Source: an uncultured Christensenella sp.
GTDB taxonomy: Bacteria > Bacillota > Clostridia > Christensenellales > UBA1242
DNA: 64,000 nt
Assembly: GCA_949300385.1 (NCBI GenBank)
Contig: CASGDZ010000001.1
Coordinates: forward strand, 80,276-144,275
Direction of reading: 5' to 3'
Shown here: positions 27,537 through 37,902 of the stretch, piece by piece
Layout of the letters: each line of letters opens with the position of its first letter
Position numbering within the stretch: the stretch's first letter is position 1
Notes under the pieces: generated by a model
Databases searched by the model: none
The model's input: the letters and a program-made list of their open reading frames with translations, nothing else
What the model was told of the DNA's origin: nothing
Made by a program: the position numbers and the translations under genes

Positions 27537-27791
27537 ATGCCTAAACAAGAGCGTAGATGTGTCGCTTGTCGCCAGACAAACAATCAAGAAAATTTGATTA
27601 GAGTGGCGCGAGTTAATGGCAAATTTGTGTTAGACAAAAATCATAAATTAGGTGGTCGCGGTGCATATATATGCAAGAGTGAAGCATGTATAAATAGTAC
27701 AATAAAAAAGCACTTGTTGAATAGAGCATTTAAATGTAATGTAGATGTATCTGTATATGAGGAATTGAAGACTTATGAACAAAGTGATTAG
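27537..27791 (+). CDS. ylxR: YlxR-family RNA-binding protein (DUF448)
   Basis: RRCVACR…GRGAYIC motif pair. Sits in the slot after nusA. Confidence 0.85.
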   Translation: MPKQERRCVACRQTNNQENLIRVARVNGKFVLDKNHKLGGRGAYICKSEACINSTIKKHLLNRAFKCNVDVSVYEELKTYEQSD

Positions 27792-28074
27792 TTATATTGG
27801 GTTCGCACGCAAATCAAATTCAATAATTTGCGGGCAATCATCAATAAAACATGCATATCAACCGATTTACTTGATATTGGTTTGCAATACTGCGAGCGAG
27901 AATTTAAAAAACCTTGCTAAAAATGTTTCAATAAAAAAGAATTGTCCATTTATTATAACTAATCCAAAATTAGAGGACTTGTCACACATTAAAGATATAA
28001 AAATACTTGCTATAACGGACGAAAATTTAGCACGCGGAATAATTAACGAACGAAATTCAATAGAGAATATATAA
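27775..28074 (+). CDS. ylxQ: L7Ae-family RNA-binding protein YlxQ
   Basis: 99 aa in the conserved slot between ylxR and infB. Overlaps ylxR by 17 nt. Confidence 0.75.
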   Translation: MNKVISYIGFARKSNSIICGQSSIKHAYQPIYLILVCNTASENLKNLAKNVSIKKNCPFIITNPKLEDLSHIKDIKILAITDENLARGIINERNSIENI

Positions 28075-28093
28075 TAATTTTAAGGAGAGAATA

Positions 28094-30556
28094 TTGGTTA
28101 ACGAAACTAAAAATCAAGAGTTTAATAAAGCGATTAAACAATTAACGCTAATGGTAAAGGATAAAATGCTTGTATCCCTTGCTGAGAAGTTTTATTATCT
28201 CAAAAATGAAATGTCGACTTTAACAAGGTCAGTAAAAGAGAAAGAAACTGCACTTTTGCAAAAGAAGTCAACTCAAAATATTGAACCAGAGATTAAGAAG
28301 GAAGAGACTACTTCAGTTGTTTCTGCGCCAAATCCTCCTATTAAACAGGAAGCTCAACAGGAAAAACCTCAAATAAAACAAAATACGCAAAATAAGAATT
28401 TCCAACAAAATAATCAAAATAGAACAGCGCAAAATCAACAGAATTATCAGCGTAAGCCGTTTAATAATAATCGCCCTAATTTCCAAAATCAAAATGGACA
28501 AAGACAAAATAATTTTAGGCCTAATAATCCAAATTACAAGCCAAATGCTCAAAAACCAGCATTTAATAGGGATAATAAGCGCCCAGCAATTAATTATGCT
28601 CAGCCAATAATTACTGCTACTCCTGCCAAAAATAACTTTAAAAAGAAAGAAACTGAGCATAGGGAAGAAAAGAAATCATACACTAAGCGTGATTTAATTA
28701 AACGCGGAATGTTAGTTGAAGGACTTGATGACGATAGAATTCTAAATCGTAAAGTAAGGAAGAAGAAAGAAGTCGTACAAGAAGTTGTAGAACGCCCACA
28801 AGGCCCTGTTACAATAACAACTGACAATATAACAATAAAACTGTTAAGTGAAGCGAGCGGTCGTCCTGTTAGCGAAATCATGAAGAAATTCATGCAACTT
28901 GGCATGATGGTTACGATTAATTCAGTAGTTGATTTTGATACAGCACAACTTGTATTCAGCGATATGGGAGTTGAACTCATTCAAAAACTTGACAAAACAA
29001 GTGAAGAGAAACTTAAAGATGTTCAAAAGACTATCCGCTCATACGATGAAACAGAGGCAGTTACTAGACCTCCGATTGTAACGGTTATGGGTCATGTCGA
29101 CCATGGTAAAACTAGTCTTCTTGACTATATTAGAAAGACAAAAGTAACATTAGGCGAAGCAGGTGGTATCACACAATCAATTGGTGCTTATCGTGTTAAT
29201 ATTAATGATAAATATATCACATTCATTGATACTCCAGGACACGAAGCGTTTACTGCTATGCGTGCGCGTGGTGCGTCAGTAACAGATATCGCGATATTAA
29301 TTGTTGCAGCAGATGATGGTGTTATGCCTCAAACGGTTGAAGCAATTAACCACATAAAATCAGCAAATATCCCTATGATTGTTGCAATAAACAAGATGGA
29401 TAAACCACAAGCCGACCCTGATAGAGTATTGCAAGAATTAGCAGAGCATAATGTACTACCTGAAGCTTGGGGTGGTGACGCAATTATATGTAAAATATCC
29501 GCACATACAGGTGAAGGTATTGATAAACTTTTGGAAACAATCTTACTTGTAGCAGACATGCAAGATTTAAAGGCAAATCCTAATGTCCCAGCAATGGGTA
29601 CAATTTTGGAAGCACGCTTAGATAAAGGTAGAGGCGCGGTTGCTTCGCTTATTGTTATGGATGGTTCTTTAAAAATAGGCGACACCATCATATCAGGCAC
29701 AACTATATGCAAAGTTAAAGCAATGATTGATGAAAACAATCGTCAAGTTAAAGTTGCTACACCATCAATGCCTGTTACCGTTTTAGGATTTAATGAAGTT
29801 CCTAGCGCGGGTGAGACCTTTACGGTAGTTGATGAAAAACTATCTAAACAAATTGTTGAAGAGCGCAAAGCAAAGTTAAAAGAAGAATTAATAAAGAATA
29901 GTGGCGGTAATACACTAGAAGATTTAATTCAAAAGACTAGCGAAAAAGATGTAAAAGTCCTTAACATTATTTTAAAGACAGATGTTAATGGTTCGCTTGA
30001 AGCTATTCGTTCGTCAATCATGAAGTTAGTCAATGATGAAGTTAAAATCAATATTCTTCATAGTGGAGTTGGAGCGGTTAGCGAAAGTGATTTAATACTT
30101 GCTAAAGCATCAAATGCTATGGTTGTAGCATTTAATATAGGACAGGATAGTAAAGTTAAAACTATTGCTGAGAGAATGAAGATACCTGTTCATTCATATA
30201 AAATAATTTATGAATTGTTAGACGATATTGAGCGCGTTGTTAAGGGTATGAAAGAACCTAAATACGAAGAAGTATACTTAGGTAGAGCGGAAGTTATGGC
30301 TGTATTCAAATTGTCTAGCGCAGGCGTCATTGCTGGTTCATTCGTCCGCGATGGTAAAATCGTTCGTGGAGAACACGCGCGCATTTATCGTGGAGATGAA
30401 ATGATTGCTGATACAATAATTCGCTCATTAAAGATAGTTAAAGATGATGTAAAAGAAGCAGGAAAAGATAGAGAATGTGGAATTAAAACAGACTTTGATT
30501 CAGTTCAAGTTGGAGATAGAATCGAGTGCTATACCCTTAAAAGGATTGAAGAATAA
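28094..30556 (+). CDS. infB: Translation initiation factor IF-2 (TTG start)
   Basis: G domain [20 protein letters not shown] and NKMD. TTG start 5 nt after an AAGGAGAG RBS. The N-terminal linker is N/Q-rich. Confidence 0.97.
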   Translation: MVNETKNQEFNKAIKQLTLMVKDKMLVSLAEKFYYLKNEMSTLTRSVKEKETALLQKKSTQNIEPEIKKEETTSVVSAPNPPIKQEAQQEKPQIKQNTQNKNFQQNNQNRTAQNQQNYQRKPFNNNRPNFQNQNGQRQNNFRPNNPNYKPNAQKPAFNRDNKRPAINYAQPIITATPAKNNFKKKETEHREEKKSYTKRDLIKRGMLVEGLDDDRILNRKVRKKKEVVQEVVERPQGPVTITTDNITIKLLSEASGRPVSEIMKKFMQLGMMVTINSVVDFDTAQLVFSDMGVELIQKLDKTSEEKLKDVQKTIRSYDETEAVTRPPIVTVMGHVDHGKTSLLDYIRKTKVTLGEAGGITQSIGAYRVNINDKYITFIDTPGHEAFTAMRARGASVTDIAILIVAADDGVMPQTVEAINHIKSANIPMIVAINKMDKPQADPDRVLQELAEHNVLPEAWGGDAIICKISAHTGEGIDKLLETILLVADMQDLKANPNVPAMGTILEARLDKGRGAVASLIVMDGSLKIGDTIISGTTICKVKAMIDENNRQVKVATPSMPVTVLGFNEVPSAGETFTVVDEKLSKQIVEERKAKLKEELIKNSGGNTLEDLIQKTSEKDVKVLNIILKTDVNGSLEAIRSSIMKLVNDEVKINILHSGVGAVSESDLILAKASNAMVVAFNIGQDSKVKTIAERMKIPVHSYKIIYELLDDIERVVKGMKEPKYEEVYLGRAEVMAVFKLSSAGVIAGSFVRDGKIVRGEHARIYRGDEMIADTIIRSLKIVKDDVKEAGKDRECGIKTDFDSVQVGDRIECYTLKRIEE

Positions 30557-30921
30557 TGAAAAGTGTTCGTATAGAGCGTATCAATAGTGAATTGCAAAAA
30601 GTCATCAATTATATTATTGACAACGAACTTCGTGATCCACAAATCGACGCAATGATTAGTGTAACTAATGTAGATACTACACCAGATTTAGCGTATGCTC
30701 GTGTGTACCTCACATCTATAGGCAAAACTCCAATTGACGAAGTAGTAAATAGGATTAAAGGCGCTGGCGGATTTATTCGAAAAGAAGTTTCTAAACGAAT
30801 AAAGTTAAGACTCACGCCACGATTAGAGTTCATTAAAGACACTTCTGAAGAATATGGTAATAAAATAGACAATATCTTGAAAACAATCAAATATACTACA
30901 GAAGAAGGCGACGATGAATAA
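30556..30921 (+). CDS. rbfA: Ribosome-binding factor A
   Basis: RbfA KH-like fold sequence (R…RINSELQKVI…DP…VTNV…). Confidence 0.92.
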   Translation: MKSVRIERINSELQKVINYIIDNELRDPQIDAMISVTNVDTTPDLAYARVYLTSIGKTPIDEVVNRIKGAGGFIRKEVSKRIKLRLTPRLEFIKDTSEEYGNKIDNILKTIKYTTEEGDDE

Positions 30922-31765
30922 AGGTTTTTTACCTATCAATAAGCCTAAAGATTGGACAAGTTTTGATGTGGTAAATAAGGTAAAACATATTTTACATGAC
31001 AATAAGGTTGGACATTTAGGGACACTTGACCCAATGGCGACTGGAGTATTAGTCTTAACCATAGGTAAAGCAACTAAATTATTTGACTTAATGCAGGTCA
31101 AGAAAAAAACATATATAGCAAAATTTAAATTTGGTTTAGAAACTGACACTTTGGATATAACAGGGAATGTTATTAATCGATGTGAAAGGACACCAAATCT
31201 AGATAAAATAAAATCAATTTTGCCTAAATTTATAGGTGAAATTGAGCAAATCCCTCCAAAGTTTAGCGCAAAATCTATCAATGGGAAGCGAGCGTATAAT
31301 TTAGCGCGTGAAAATGTAGACTTTGAGTTAAAGCCTTCAATAGTAAATATTGAACGAATAAATGTTATTTCATATTTAGATTCTGAACTTAAACTAGAAA
31401 TAACATGTGGAAGCGGAACATACATTCGCGCACTAGGTAGGGATATTGCATATATGTTAAATAATTATGCAACAATGACCGAATTAGTTAGAACAAATGT
31501 AGGAAATCTTAAATTGAGCGATTGTTTTAACATAGATGAATTAAATTCAGAAAATATATCATCTAAAATAATAAAAATTCGTGATATTCTAGGTTTCAAG
31601 GTCTTGAACTTAGAAAAAGAAATATCTGATAAACTTATAAACGGACAAGTTGTAAGTTTAAACATGCCAAATGGAGATTATTTGTTAAATGGCAATGTTG
31701 ACACTATAGCAATAGTGAAAATACGCGATTTTAAAGCAAAAATGTCAATTTTCTTAGGCATTTAA
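30914..31765 (+). CDS. truB: tRNA pseudouridine55 synthase TruB
   Basis: GFLPINKP…GHLGTLDPMATGVL (catalytic Asp) and the IEQIPPKFSA motif. Confidence 0.92.
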   Translation: MNKGFLPINKPKDWTSFDVVNKVKHILHDNKVGHLGTLDPMATGVLVLTIGKATKLFDLMQVKKKTYIAKFKFGLETDTLDITGNVINRCERTPNLDKIKSILPKFIGEIEQIPPKFSAKSINGKRAYNLARENVDFELKPSIVNIERINVISYLDSELKLEITCGSGTYIRALGRDIAYMLNNYATMTELVRTNVGNLKLSDCFNIDELNSENISSKIIKIRDILGFKVLNLEKEISDKLINGQVVSLNMPNGDYLLNGNVDTIAIVKIRDFKAKMSIFLGI

Positions 31766-31814
31766 TTTGAAAATAAATAATTAATATGATATAATATGCA
31801 AGTAAGGAGATTTT

Positions 31815-32393
31815 ATGATAACAGCAGGAGATATAAGAAAAGGTATAATTTTTGATGATGGTAGTTCTACAGATCCTAAGAAACCAAGTCTTTATATAGT
31901 AGTGGACTTTCAACATGTAAAACCAGGTAAAGGTGCAGCATTTGTTCGTACTACATTAAAAAATGTTTTGACAGGTAAAGTGATTGAGCGCACATATAAT
32001 CCATCTGAAAAAATCAATGACATAAGCATTGAGCGTAAGGAAATGATGTATTTGTATAATGAAGGTGGATTATACTATTTTATGGACAATGATACTTATG
32101 ATCAAATTCCATTTAACTATGATACAGTTAAAGATGCACTTAATTTTGTTGTAGAAAACACTAATTGTAATGTTCAATTCTATAATGGTCAACCTATAAG
32201 TGTTGAACCACCTATATTTGTAGAATTAACAATTACTAAGGCTGAGCCTGGAGTTCGTGGTGATACTGCAAAATCGGGCGGTAAACCTGCGACATTAGAA
32301 ACTGGATATGTAATTCAAGTTCCTTTGTTCGTAAATGAGGGCGACCGCGTTCGTGTAGACACTCGTACAGGCGAATATATGGAGCGTCTATAA
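31815..32393 (+). CDS. efp: Elongation factor P
   Basis: [14 protein letters not shown] loop and a C-terminal [13 protein letters not shown]. Confidence 0.96.
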   Translation: MITAGDIRKGIIFDDGSSTDPKKPSLYIVVDFQHVKPGKGAAFVRTTLKNVLTGKVIERTYNPSEKINDISIERKEMMYLYNEGGLYYFMDNDTYDQIPFNYDTVKDALNFVVENTNCNVQFYNGQPISVEPPIFVELTITKAEPGVRGDTAKSGGKPATLETGYVIQVPLFVNEGDRVRVDTRTGEYMERL

Positions 32394-32415
32394 TTTAAAA
32401 ATTTTAGCGAAAAAA

Positions 32416-32444
32416 CAATACTCTTGCAGTATTGATTTTTTTTT
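32416..32444 (+). terminator. Rho-independent terminator after efp
   Basis: caatact/agtattg stem, loop cttgc, then T9. Confidence 0.7.
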
Positions 32445-32479
32445 GGCATTAATAACAATCTTTTTTAATAATTTTAGAT

Positions 32480-33382
32480 ATGTTAAAAGATTATTTGGAT
32501 AGGGATATTTATAATTTAATTACAAAAAATTTTAGTTTTAATGATATAACAGAAATTCGCATGCGCGCGAATGAAAATTTAGTTATTGTTGTGCGTAATA
32601 AAAAATTCTATTTAAAAGATGATAATGGTGAATTTATTAAATGCAATACAAACATGATTGAAAATTTTATTAAAAAAGCAAGTGAGAATTCCATCTATGC
32701 ATACAATGACAATATAATTAATGGTTATATTACTTTACCTAAAGGTATACGAGTTGGACTATGCGGGAATATTGTCACTGATGGCGATAAAATTGTAACA
32801 ATAAAAGAATTTCAAGCGCTAAATATTCGTATTCCACATTTGGTGAAAAATTGCAGTTTGCCCGCTTATGAGTATATTGTAGATGATGACATTAAAAATA
32901 CTTTAATTATTTCTCCGCCTGGAGCAGGTAAAACGACATTTATACGCGACCTTATATATCAGTTATATGTACATAATGTCCCTAAAAATATACTTGTCGC
33001 AGATGAGCGAAATGAAATATGTTCAGTTATTAATGGCGAACCAGCACTAGATATAGGCGGTTTTGCTGATATATACACAAATTGTAGTAAAAGTTTTGCT
33101 TTTAAAAATGGTATTCGTAGCATGCGTCCGGATGTTATAGTAACAGATGAAATTGATTTGGACAAAGATATGTCATGCATTGTTGAAGCTATTAATTCAG
33201 GTGTAAGCGTTATAGCAACTATACATGCGAAAGATTTAAACCAACTTAAACGCAAAGCAAATTTTGATAAAATTTTAGATGAAAAATATTTCTCCAGATA
33301 TATAGTTTTATCAAACGATGAAGGTCCTGGGACGCTTAAAAATATTTATGATGAAAAATTAAATTGTATATATTGTAGGTAA
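32480..33382 (+). CDS. spoIIIAA: Stage III sporulation protein AA (ATPase)
   Basis: Walker A SPPGAGKTT and Walker B VIVTDEI. First gene of an 8-gene spoIIIA-type operon. Confidence 0.88.
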   Translation: MLKDYLDRDIYNLITKNFSFNDITEIRMRANENLVIVVRNKKFYLKDDNGEFIKCNTNMIENFIKKASENSIYAYNDNIINGYITLPKGIRVGLCGNIVTDGDKIVTIKEFQALNIRIPHLVKNCSLPAYEYIVDDDIKNTLIISPPGAGKTTFIRDLIYQLYVHNVPKNILVADERNEICSVINGEPALDIGGFADIYTNCSKSFAFKNGIRSMRPDVIVTDEIDLDKDMSCIVEAINSGVSVIATIHAKDLNQLKRKANFDKILDEKYFSRYIVLSNDEGPGTLKNIYDEKLNCIYCR

Positions 33383-33384
33383 TT

Positions 33385-33858
33385 ATGAAGTGGATACTTA
33401 TAGTCATTTTGATAAGTGTAATAATGTTAATCGCGCGTGCAGTGAGCGAACAATATAGCGAGAAATTTGACTTCTATTCAAAGTTAAAAGAATTCCTTAA
33501 TCAATTTAAAATTAATTTATCGTTTTCACAGTCAAAGATTAAAGAATTCTTAGATAAAGTCAATTCAAAAAAACAATTTAAATTATTTATTGAAAGTTAT
33601 AAGGATTATTTAAAGTCTGGAGAACTCGATTTATCAAAAATTAAAATTTTAGATGATGAAGAAAAATCAGAGTTAAATAATATTGTTCGCAATATAGGAA
33701 AATACAATGCCAAAAATGAAATGCTACAAATAAATTCATTCTTGTTATCTGTTGATTCGAAATTGGAAAAGGCAAAACAGGACAAGCAAAAATTATGCCC
33801 ATTAATTTTAAAATTATCTTTACTTTTTGCTATTGCACTTTCAATTATATTAATTTAG
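33385..33858 (+). CDS. spoIIIAB: Stage III sporulation protein AB
   Basis: 157 aa with N- and C-terminal TM helices. Assigned by its position in the operon. Confidence 0.72.
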   Translation: MKWILIVILISVIMLIARAVSEQYSEKFDFYSKLKEFLNQFKINLSFSQSKIKEFLDKVNSKKQFKLFIESYKDYLKSGELDLSKIKILDDEEKSELNNIVRNIGKYNAKNEMLQINSFLLSVDSKLEKAKQDKQKLCPLILKLSLLFAIALSIILI

Positions 33859-33867
33859 GGGGAAGGT

Positions 33868-34056
33868 ATGGAGATTATATTTAAACTCGCAGGTATTGGA
33901 CTAATAACTTCGATTGTTAATCAAATACTTAAATATTGCGGGAAGGAAGAGATTGCGTCTATAACTACATTAGCAGGCTTAATTATAAGCCTATTAATGG
34001 TTATTGACTTAGTTCAGGACTTGTTTGATACAGTACGCTCATTATTTATATTTTAG
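33868..34056 (+). CDS. spoIIIAC: Stage III sporulation protein AC
   Basis: 62-aa two-TM protein (FKLAGIGLITSIVNQILK…). GGGGAAGG RBS. Confidence 0.85.
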   Translation: MEIIFKLAGIGLITSIVNQILKYCGKEEIASITTLAGLIISLLMVIDLVQDLFDTVRSLFIF

Positions 34057-34062
34057 GTAGGT

Positions 34063-34449
34063 ATGACAGAATTATTAAAAATAATTGCAGTAGGTGTGAT
34101 AACAGTATTCGCGCATATGTTAGTCAAACAGACCAGACCAGAAATAGCGGTATTTATATCTATTGCAGGTAGTATTTTAATAATCATAATGGCAGTTGAT
34201 ACATTGAATTCTGTCATATCTTCTTTCTATAACATCTTTTCAGCAACAAATGTAGACACAACGCTTTTAACACCATTATTCAAAATAATAGCGATAGGTT
34301 ATATTGCTGAATTTAGTGCAAACATATGTTTAGATGCTGGATCAAGTAGTATAGCAGATAAAATTCTATTCGTAGCAAAAATTATAATTTTGATGATAGC
34401 TTTACCTATTATAACAACAGTAATTGATATGGTGGTGGCGCTTCTATGA
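34063..34449 (+). CDS. spoIIIAD: Stage III sporulation protein AD
   Basis: 128-aa four-TM protein, paralogous in style to AC (IIAVGVIT…FKIIAIGYIAEF). Confidence 0.85.
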   Translation: MTELLKIIAVGVITVFAHMLVKQTRPEIAVFISIAGSILIIIMAVDTLNSVISSFYNIFSATNVDTTLLTPLFKIIAIGYIAEFSANICLDAGSSSIADKILFVAKIIILMIALPIITTVIDMVVALL

Positions 34450-35672
34450 ATAAATTGATAAGATATAAAAAAACAAACTACAATAGAGCGACCATTATTT
34501 CTTTAATAATACTTTTTGCGCTATGCTCAATTTTAATGCCATTACAAACATTTTGTACTACGAGTGAGCTAGCCGAGATAAGTGAAGATTTAAATAATTC
34601 TGTAATAGAAGAATTGAATGAAATAGACTTTTCTGAGTTTAACGCTATTATTGTTCAACTCGAAGAAAATCAAACAAATATATTTTCAATCGACAATATA
34701 AAAGATAAGGTATATTCCATTATTTCAGGTGAAAATGCTTTAAGTTATTCATCATTTTTTGCTAGTATTTTCTCTATATTTTTGGATATGGTTGTAAAAT
34801 ATATGCCATTGTTATCGCTTATTGTAGCAGTTGGCGTTATATCAAATTTATTGGGCGGAATTAAAAGTAAATTTAACGAAAAATCAACTAGTAACTTAAT
34901 ACATTTAGTCTGCTTCTTTGCAGTTGCGATTCTCATGATAGGTATGATAACAAATCTATCTAATATTGTTACAAGTTCAGTCGATAATATGGTGAATCAA
35001 ATTAATGTTTTATTTCCTATCATGTTGGCAATGATGATAGGAATAGGAGCAAACGCTAGCGCCAGCATATTCCAACCAATCGTCTCAATAATGTCTACAT
35101 ATACGGCAGATTTCTTCTCATACATAATAATACCAATGTTTACTATAAGTTTTGTGTTTGGACTTATTTCTAATTTAAGTGATAACATAAAATTGGACAA
35201 ATTTAATAGTTTTATTTCAAGTCTGTTTAAGTGGAGTGTTGGATTAATATTTACTCTGTTTTTTGCAGTTTTTACTATTCAAGGTATAAGTGCAGGAAGT
35301 TTTGATAGTTTAAGCATTAGAACAACAAAATACACAATTAAAAGTTATGTACCTGTTATGGGCGGATATTTATCAGATGGAATGGATCTAATATTATCTA
35401 GCACTATCTTGATAAAAAATTCAATAGGTCTTGTAGGTATTTTAATGATTATATCGACAATAATATCGCCTTTATTAGAGATTATTGTATTCAGTCTTAT
35501 GTTAAAATTAGTTTCCGCTATTTTACAGCCTATGGGGAATTCTAAAACATCGAACTTCTTAATGTCTACTTCAAAATCTATAACGATGTTATCAAGCGCG
35601 ATAATAGCTATAGGATTTATGTATCTTTTGTCGGTCGGTCTAGTAATGACAACTGCTAATGTGGTGGTATGA
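34446..35672 (+). CDS. spoIIIAE: Stage III sporulation protein AE
   Basis: 408-aa polytopic membrane protein with a signal/TM N-terminus. Assigned by operon position. Confidence 0.85.
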   Translation: MNKLIRYKKTNYNRATIISLIILFALCSILMPLQTFCTTSELAEISEDLNNSVIEELNEIDFSEFNAIIVQLEENQTNIFSIDNIKDKVYSIISGENALSYSSFFASIFSIFLDMVVKYMPLLSLIVAVGVISNLLGGIKSKFNEKSTSNLIHLVCFFAVAILMIGMITNLSNIVTSSVDNMVNQINVLFPIMLAMMIGIGANASASIFQPIVSIMSTYTADFFSYIIIPMFTISFVFGLISNLSDNIKLDKFNSFISSLFKWSVGLIFTLFFAVFTIQGISAGSFDSLSIRTTKYTIKSYVPVMGGYLSDGMDLILSSTILIKNSIGLVGILMIISTIISPLLEIIVFSLMLKLVSAILQPMGNSKTSNFLMSTSKSITMLSSAIIAIGFMYLLSVGLVMTTANVVV

Positions 35673-36145
35673 TGAGCGGATATATATTAAGTATTTTAGG
35701 CATAGTCCTAGTAGGCATAGTAATTGATATAGTACTACCAAATGGCGTAATAAACAAATATATTAAAAGTCTCTTTTCAATCTTTGTTATAGCGGTAATT
35801 TTGAGTCCAATAATCACATTTGTAAAGGAAAATAAAGATTTTACATTGCACTACGAAGATTATGAAGTCCAGCAAAATATAATGAACTATATCTTTAATC
35901 AAAGGGTATCTAGTATAGAAAATAGTATAGAAAAAGAATTAGAAAATAGCGGATTTTCTAATATCGACATAAAACTAAATTTTTCGATAGAATCAAACGA
36001 ATTAAGCGTAAATTCATGCACAGTTTTTATGAAAAATGCGGTAATTTCGTCGGACAACCAGCATATAAATAAGTATGAATTCATTAGTGATGTTGTGCTA
36101 AAATTTACAGATTTGACATTCGAGGAGATTATATTTGATGAATGA
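35669..36145 (+). CDS. spoIIIAF: Stage III sporulation protein AF
   Basis: 158 aa with two N-terminal TM helices followed by a soluble domain. Assigned by operon position. Confidence 0.75.
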   Translation: MMSGYILSILGIVLVGIVIDIVLPNGVINKYIKSLFSIFVIAVILSPIITFVKENKDFTLHYEDYEVQQNIMNYIFNQRVSSIENSIEKELENSGFSNIDIKLNFSIESNELSVNSCTVFMKNAVISSDNQHINKYEFISDVVLKFTDLTFEEIIFDE

Positions 36146-36587
36146 TAAAGAAAAAAAATCGATAAAATGGCTAAGCAGACTAAAAAATATTAAGCATATT
36201 GAAGTATATGTCGCCATAATATTTATTGTAATCTTGCTCCTTATCTACATGTCAAACTTTTCATCAAATAGGACAAGCAACAACAATTCAACAACCACAA
36301 GTGAATTAACAATCACTACATATGTCGAAAATTTGGAAAGCAATTTGCAAGAAATACTTTCAAACATAGGAGGTGTGTCAAATGTAAAGGTGATGATTAC
36401 ACTAAACATGGCTGACTCAACTGTTACTGACTCAAAGATAAATCTTGACAGTTTTCCGCCAATAAAAGGTGTGCTGATAACTGCAAACGGAGTAAGTGAC
36501 ACTAGTACTAAATTGAAAATATTGCATGCAGTTGAAGCGGTGATTGACATTACTAATGGAAATATAGAAATTTTATCAAGTGATTAG
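36135..36587 (+). CDS. spoIIIAG: Stage III sporulation protein AG
   Basis: One TM helix, then GGVSNVKVMITL … GVLITANG … ring-forming domain pattern. Confidence 0.78.
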   Translation: MMNDKEKKSIKWLSRLKNIKHIEVYVAIIFIVILLLIYMSNFSSNRTSNNNSTTTSELTITTYVENLESNLQEILSNIGGVSNVKVMITLNMADSTVTDSKINLDSFPPIKGVLITANGVSDTSTKLKILHAVEAVIDITNGNIEILSSD

Positions 36588-36595
36588 GAGGGTAT

Positions 36596-37081
36596 ATGAA
36601 AACAATGTCAAAAAAGAAAAAAATCGTTATAATTTCTGTTATGGTCGCATTATTATTAGTTACAGGTTATTTAAATGTTGCATTAAATAGCACATTATCT
36701 AGTGGCAATAGCACTACAACAAGTACAACATCTGCAAACTTTTACACTAAATATAGGACAGAGCGTGAAGCAACTAGAACACAAGAAATTCAGTTCTATG
36801 ATTCTATTATAGCAAGTACATCTTCAAGTGAAGAAGCTAAACAAGAAGCTGAAGAAAATAAACTCGCACTTATCTCTCAAATGGAAAAAGAGTTAGTAAC
36901 GGAAGGTATTATTAGGGGTAAAGGTTTTACAGATGCTATCGTTACGATGTCAAGTAGTAATGTAAATGTCTTTGTACAAAGTGCCGAATTAGAAAAAACT
37001 GAAGTTGCTCAAATTACATCAATCGTTACAGAGCAATTAGGCGTTGAGATAGATAAAATCATTATAATACCATCAGAATAA
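36596..37081 (+). CDS. spoIIIAH: Stage III sporulation protein AH
   Basis: N-terminal TM helix, low-complexity linker, and a C-terminal YscJ-like region. Last gene of the operon. Confidence 0.7.
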   Translation: MKTMSKKKKIVIISVMVALLLVTGYLNVALNSTLSSGNSTTTSTTSANFYTKYRTEREATRTQEIQFYDSIIASTSSSEEAKQEAEENKLALISQMEKELVTEGIIRGKGFTDAIVTMSSSNVNVFVQSAELEKTEVAQITSIVTEQLGVEIDKIIIIPSE

Positions 37082-37131
37082 TTGCTAAAATAATTTGTTT
37101 GTGATATAATACAAGCAGAGGAAAACAAATT

Positions 37132-37488
37132 ATGGCACAATTAAAAAATGTTAATGGCGAGAGCAATACATATATTAACAAAAGCATGGTTGTATCTATC
37201 GTTAGCCTTGCTACAAAAGAAATAAAAGGCGTTATTGATGTTTATCAACCTACTAAATTGTCGCTACGACGCATGTTTAATAGAAATATAGGTAAAGGTG
37301 TTCGCATTAAATACACAAATTTAGGAATTTTAATTGATATCTATGTAATTGTATCTGTTGATTGCGAAGTTAATGATGTAGTATACAGAATACAACAAAA
37401 TGTAAAGAACAGCATAACATCACTTTTGCCAATCACTATTAAGGCAATTAATGTTCACATAATGGACGCTGAAAAAAATTCTCTCTAA
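37132..37488 (+). CDS. Asp23/Gls24-family alkaline shock protein
   Basis: 118 aa (…IVSLATKEIKGV…). Sits in the conserved slot between spoIIIAH and nusB in clostridial genomes. Confidence 0.78.
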   Translation: MAQLKNVNGESNTYINKSMVVSIVSLATKEIKGVIDVYQPTKLSLRRMFNRNIGKGVRIKYTNLGILIDIYVIVSVDCEVNDVVYRIQQNVKNSITSLLPITIKAINVHIMDAEKNSL

Positions 37489-37521
37489 ACGAGAGAGTTT
37501 TTGTCGTTAAGGAGGAAATTT

Positions 37522-37902
37522 ATGAAACGCACAGAAATGCGCGAATTAGCTTTTAAAACTATCTATTCAAAATTCTTTAATCCTGTAGATGAGGATATTT
37601 TTAAAAACGCAGATCAAAAGGGACTAGAATTTACTAAAAAAATACTTGAAGCATTCGCAAACAATTATACAGAAATCAATGACATAATTAACGATCATCT
37701 TAAAGGCTATACAATTGATCGAATTTATAAAATAGACTTAGCAATAATTATTGTTGCTATTGTTGAATTAAAATACATAAAAGAAAACCCTAAAGAAGTT
37801 ATAATCAATGAAGCGGTTGAGTTGGCTAAAAAATTCTCTACTGAAAAAAGCCCCAAATTTGTAAATGGAGTGCTAGCCGATATAGTGAAAGACATTAAAT
37901 AA
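37522..37902 (+). CDS. nusB: Transcription antitermination factor NusB
   Basis: MKRTEMRELAFK… NusB fold. ATG 37522 follows an AAGGAGG RBS. Track start TTG 37501 was rejected. Confidence 0.9.
   Translation: MKRTEMRELAFKTIYSKFFNPVDEDIFKNADQKGLEFTKKILEAFANNYTEINDIINDHLKGYTIDRIYKIDLAIIIVAIVELKYIKENPKEVIINEAVELAKKFSTEKSPKFVNGVLADIVKDIK

Noticed and set aside
30823-31425. A 200-aa minus-strand ORF antisense to rbfA/truB.
   Set aside because: - It lies fully inside well-supported + strand genes.
- It has hydrophobic, low-complexity antisense-frame composition, no RBS and no motifs.
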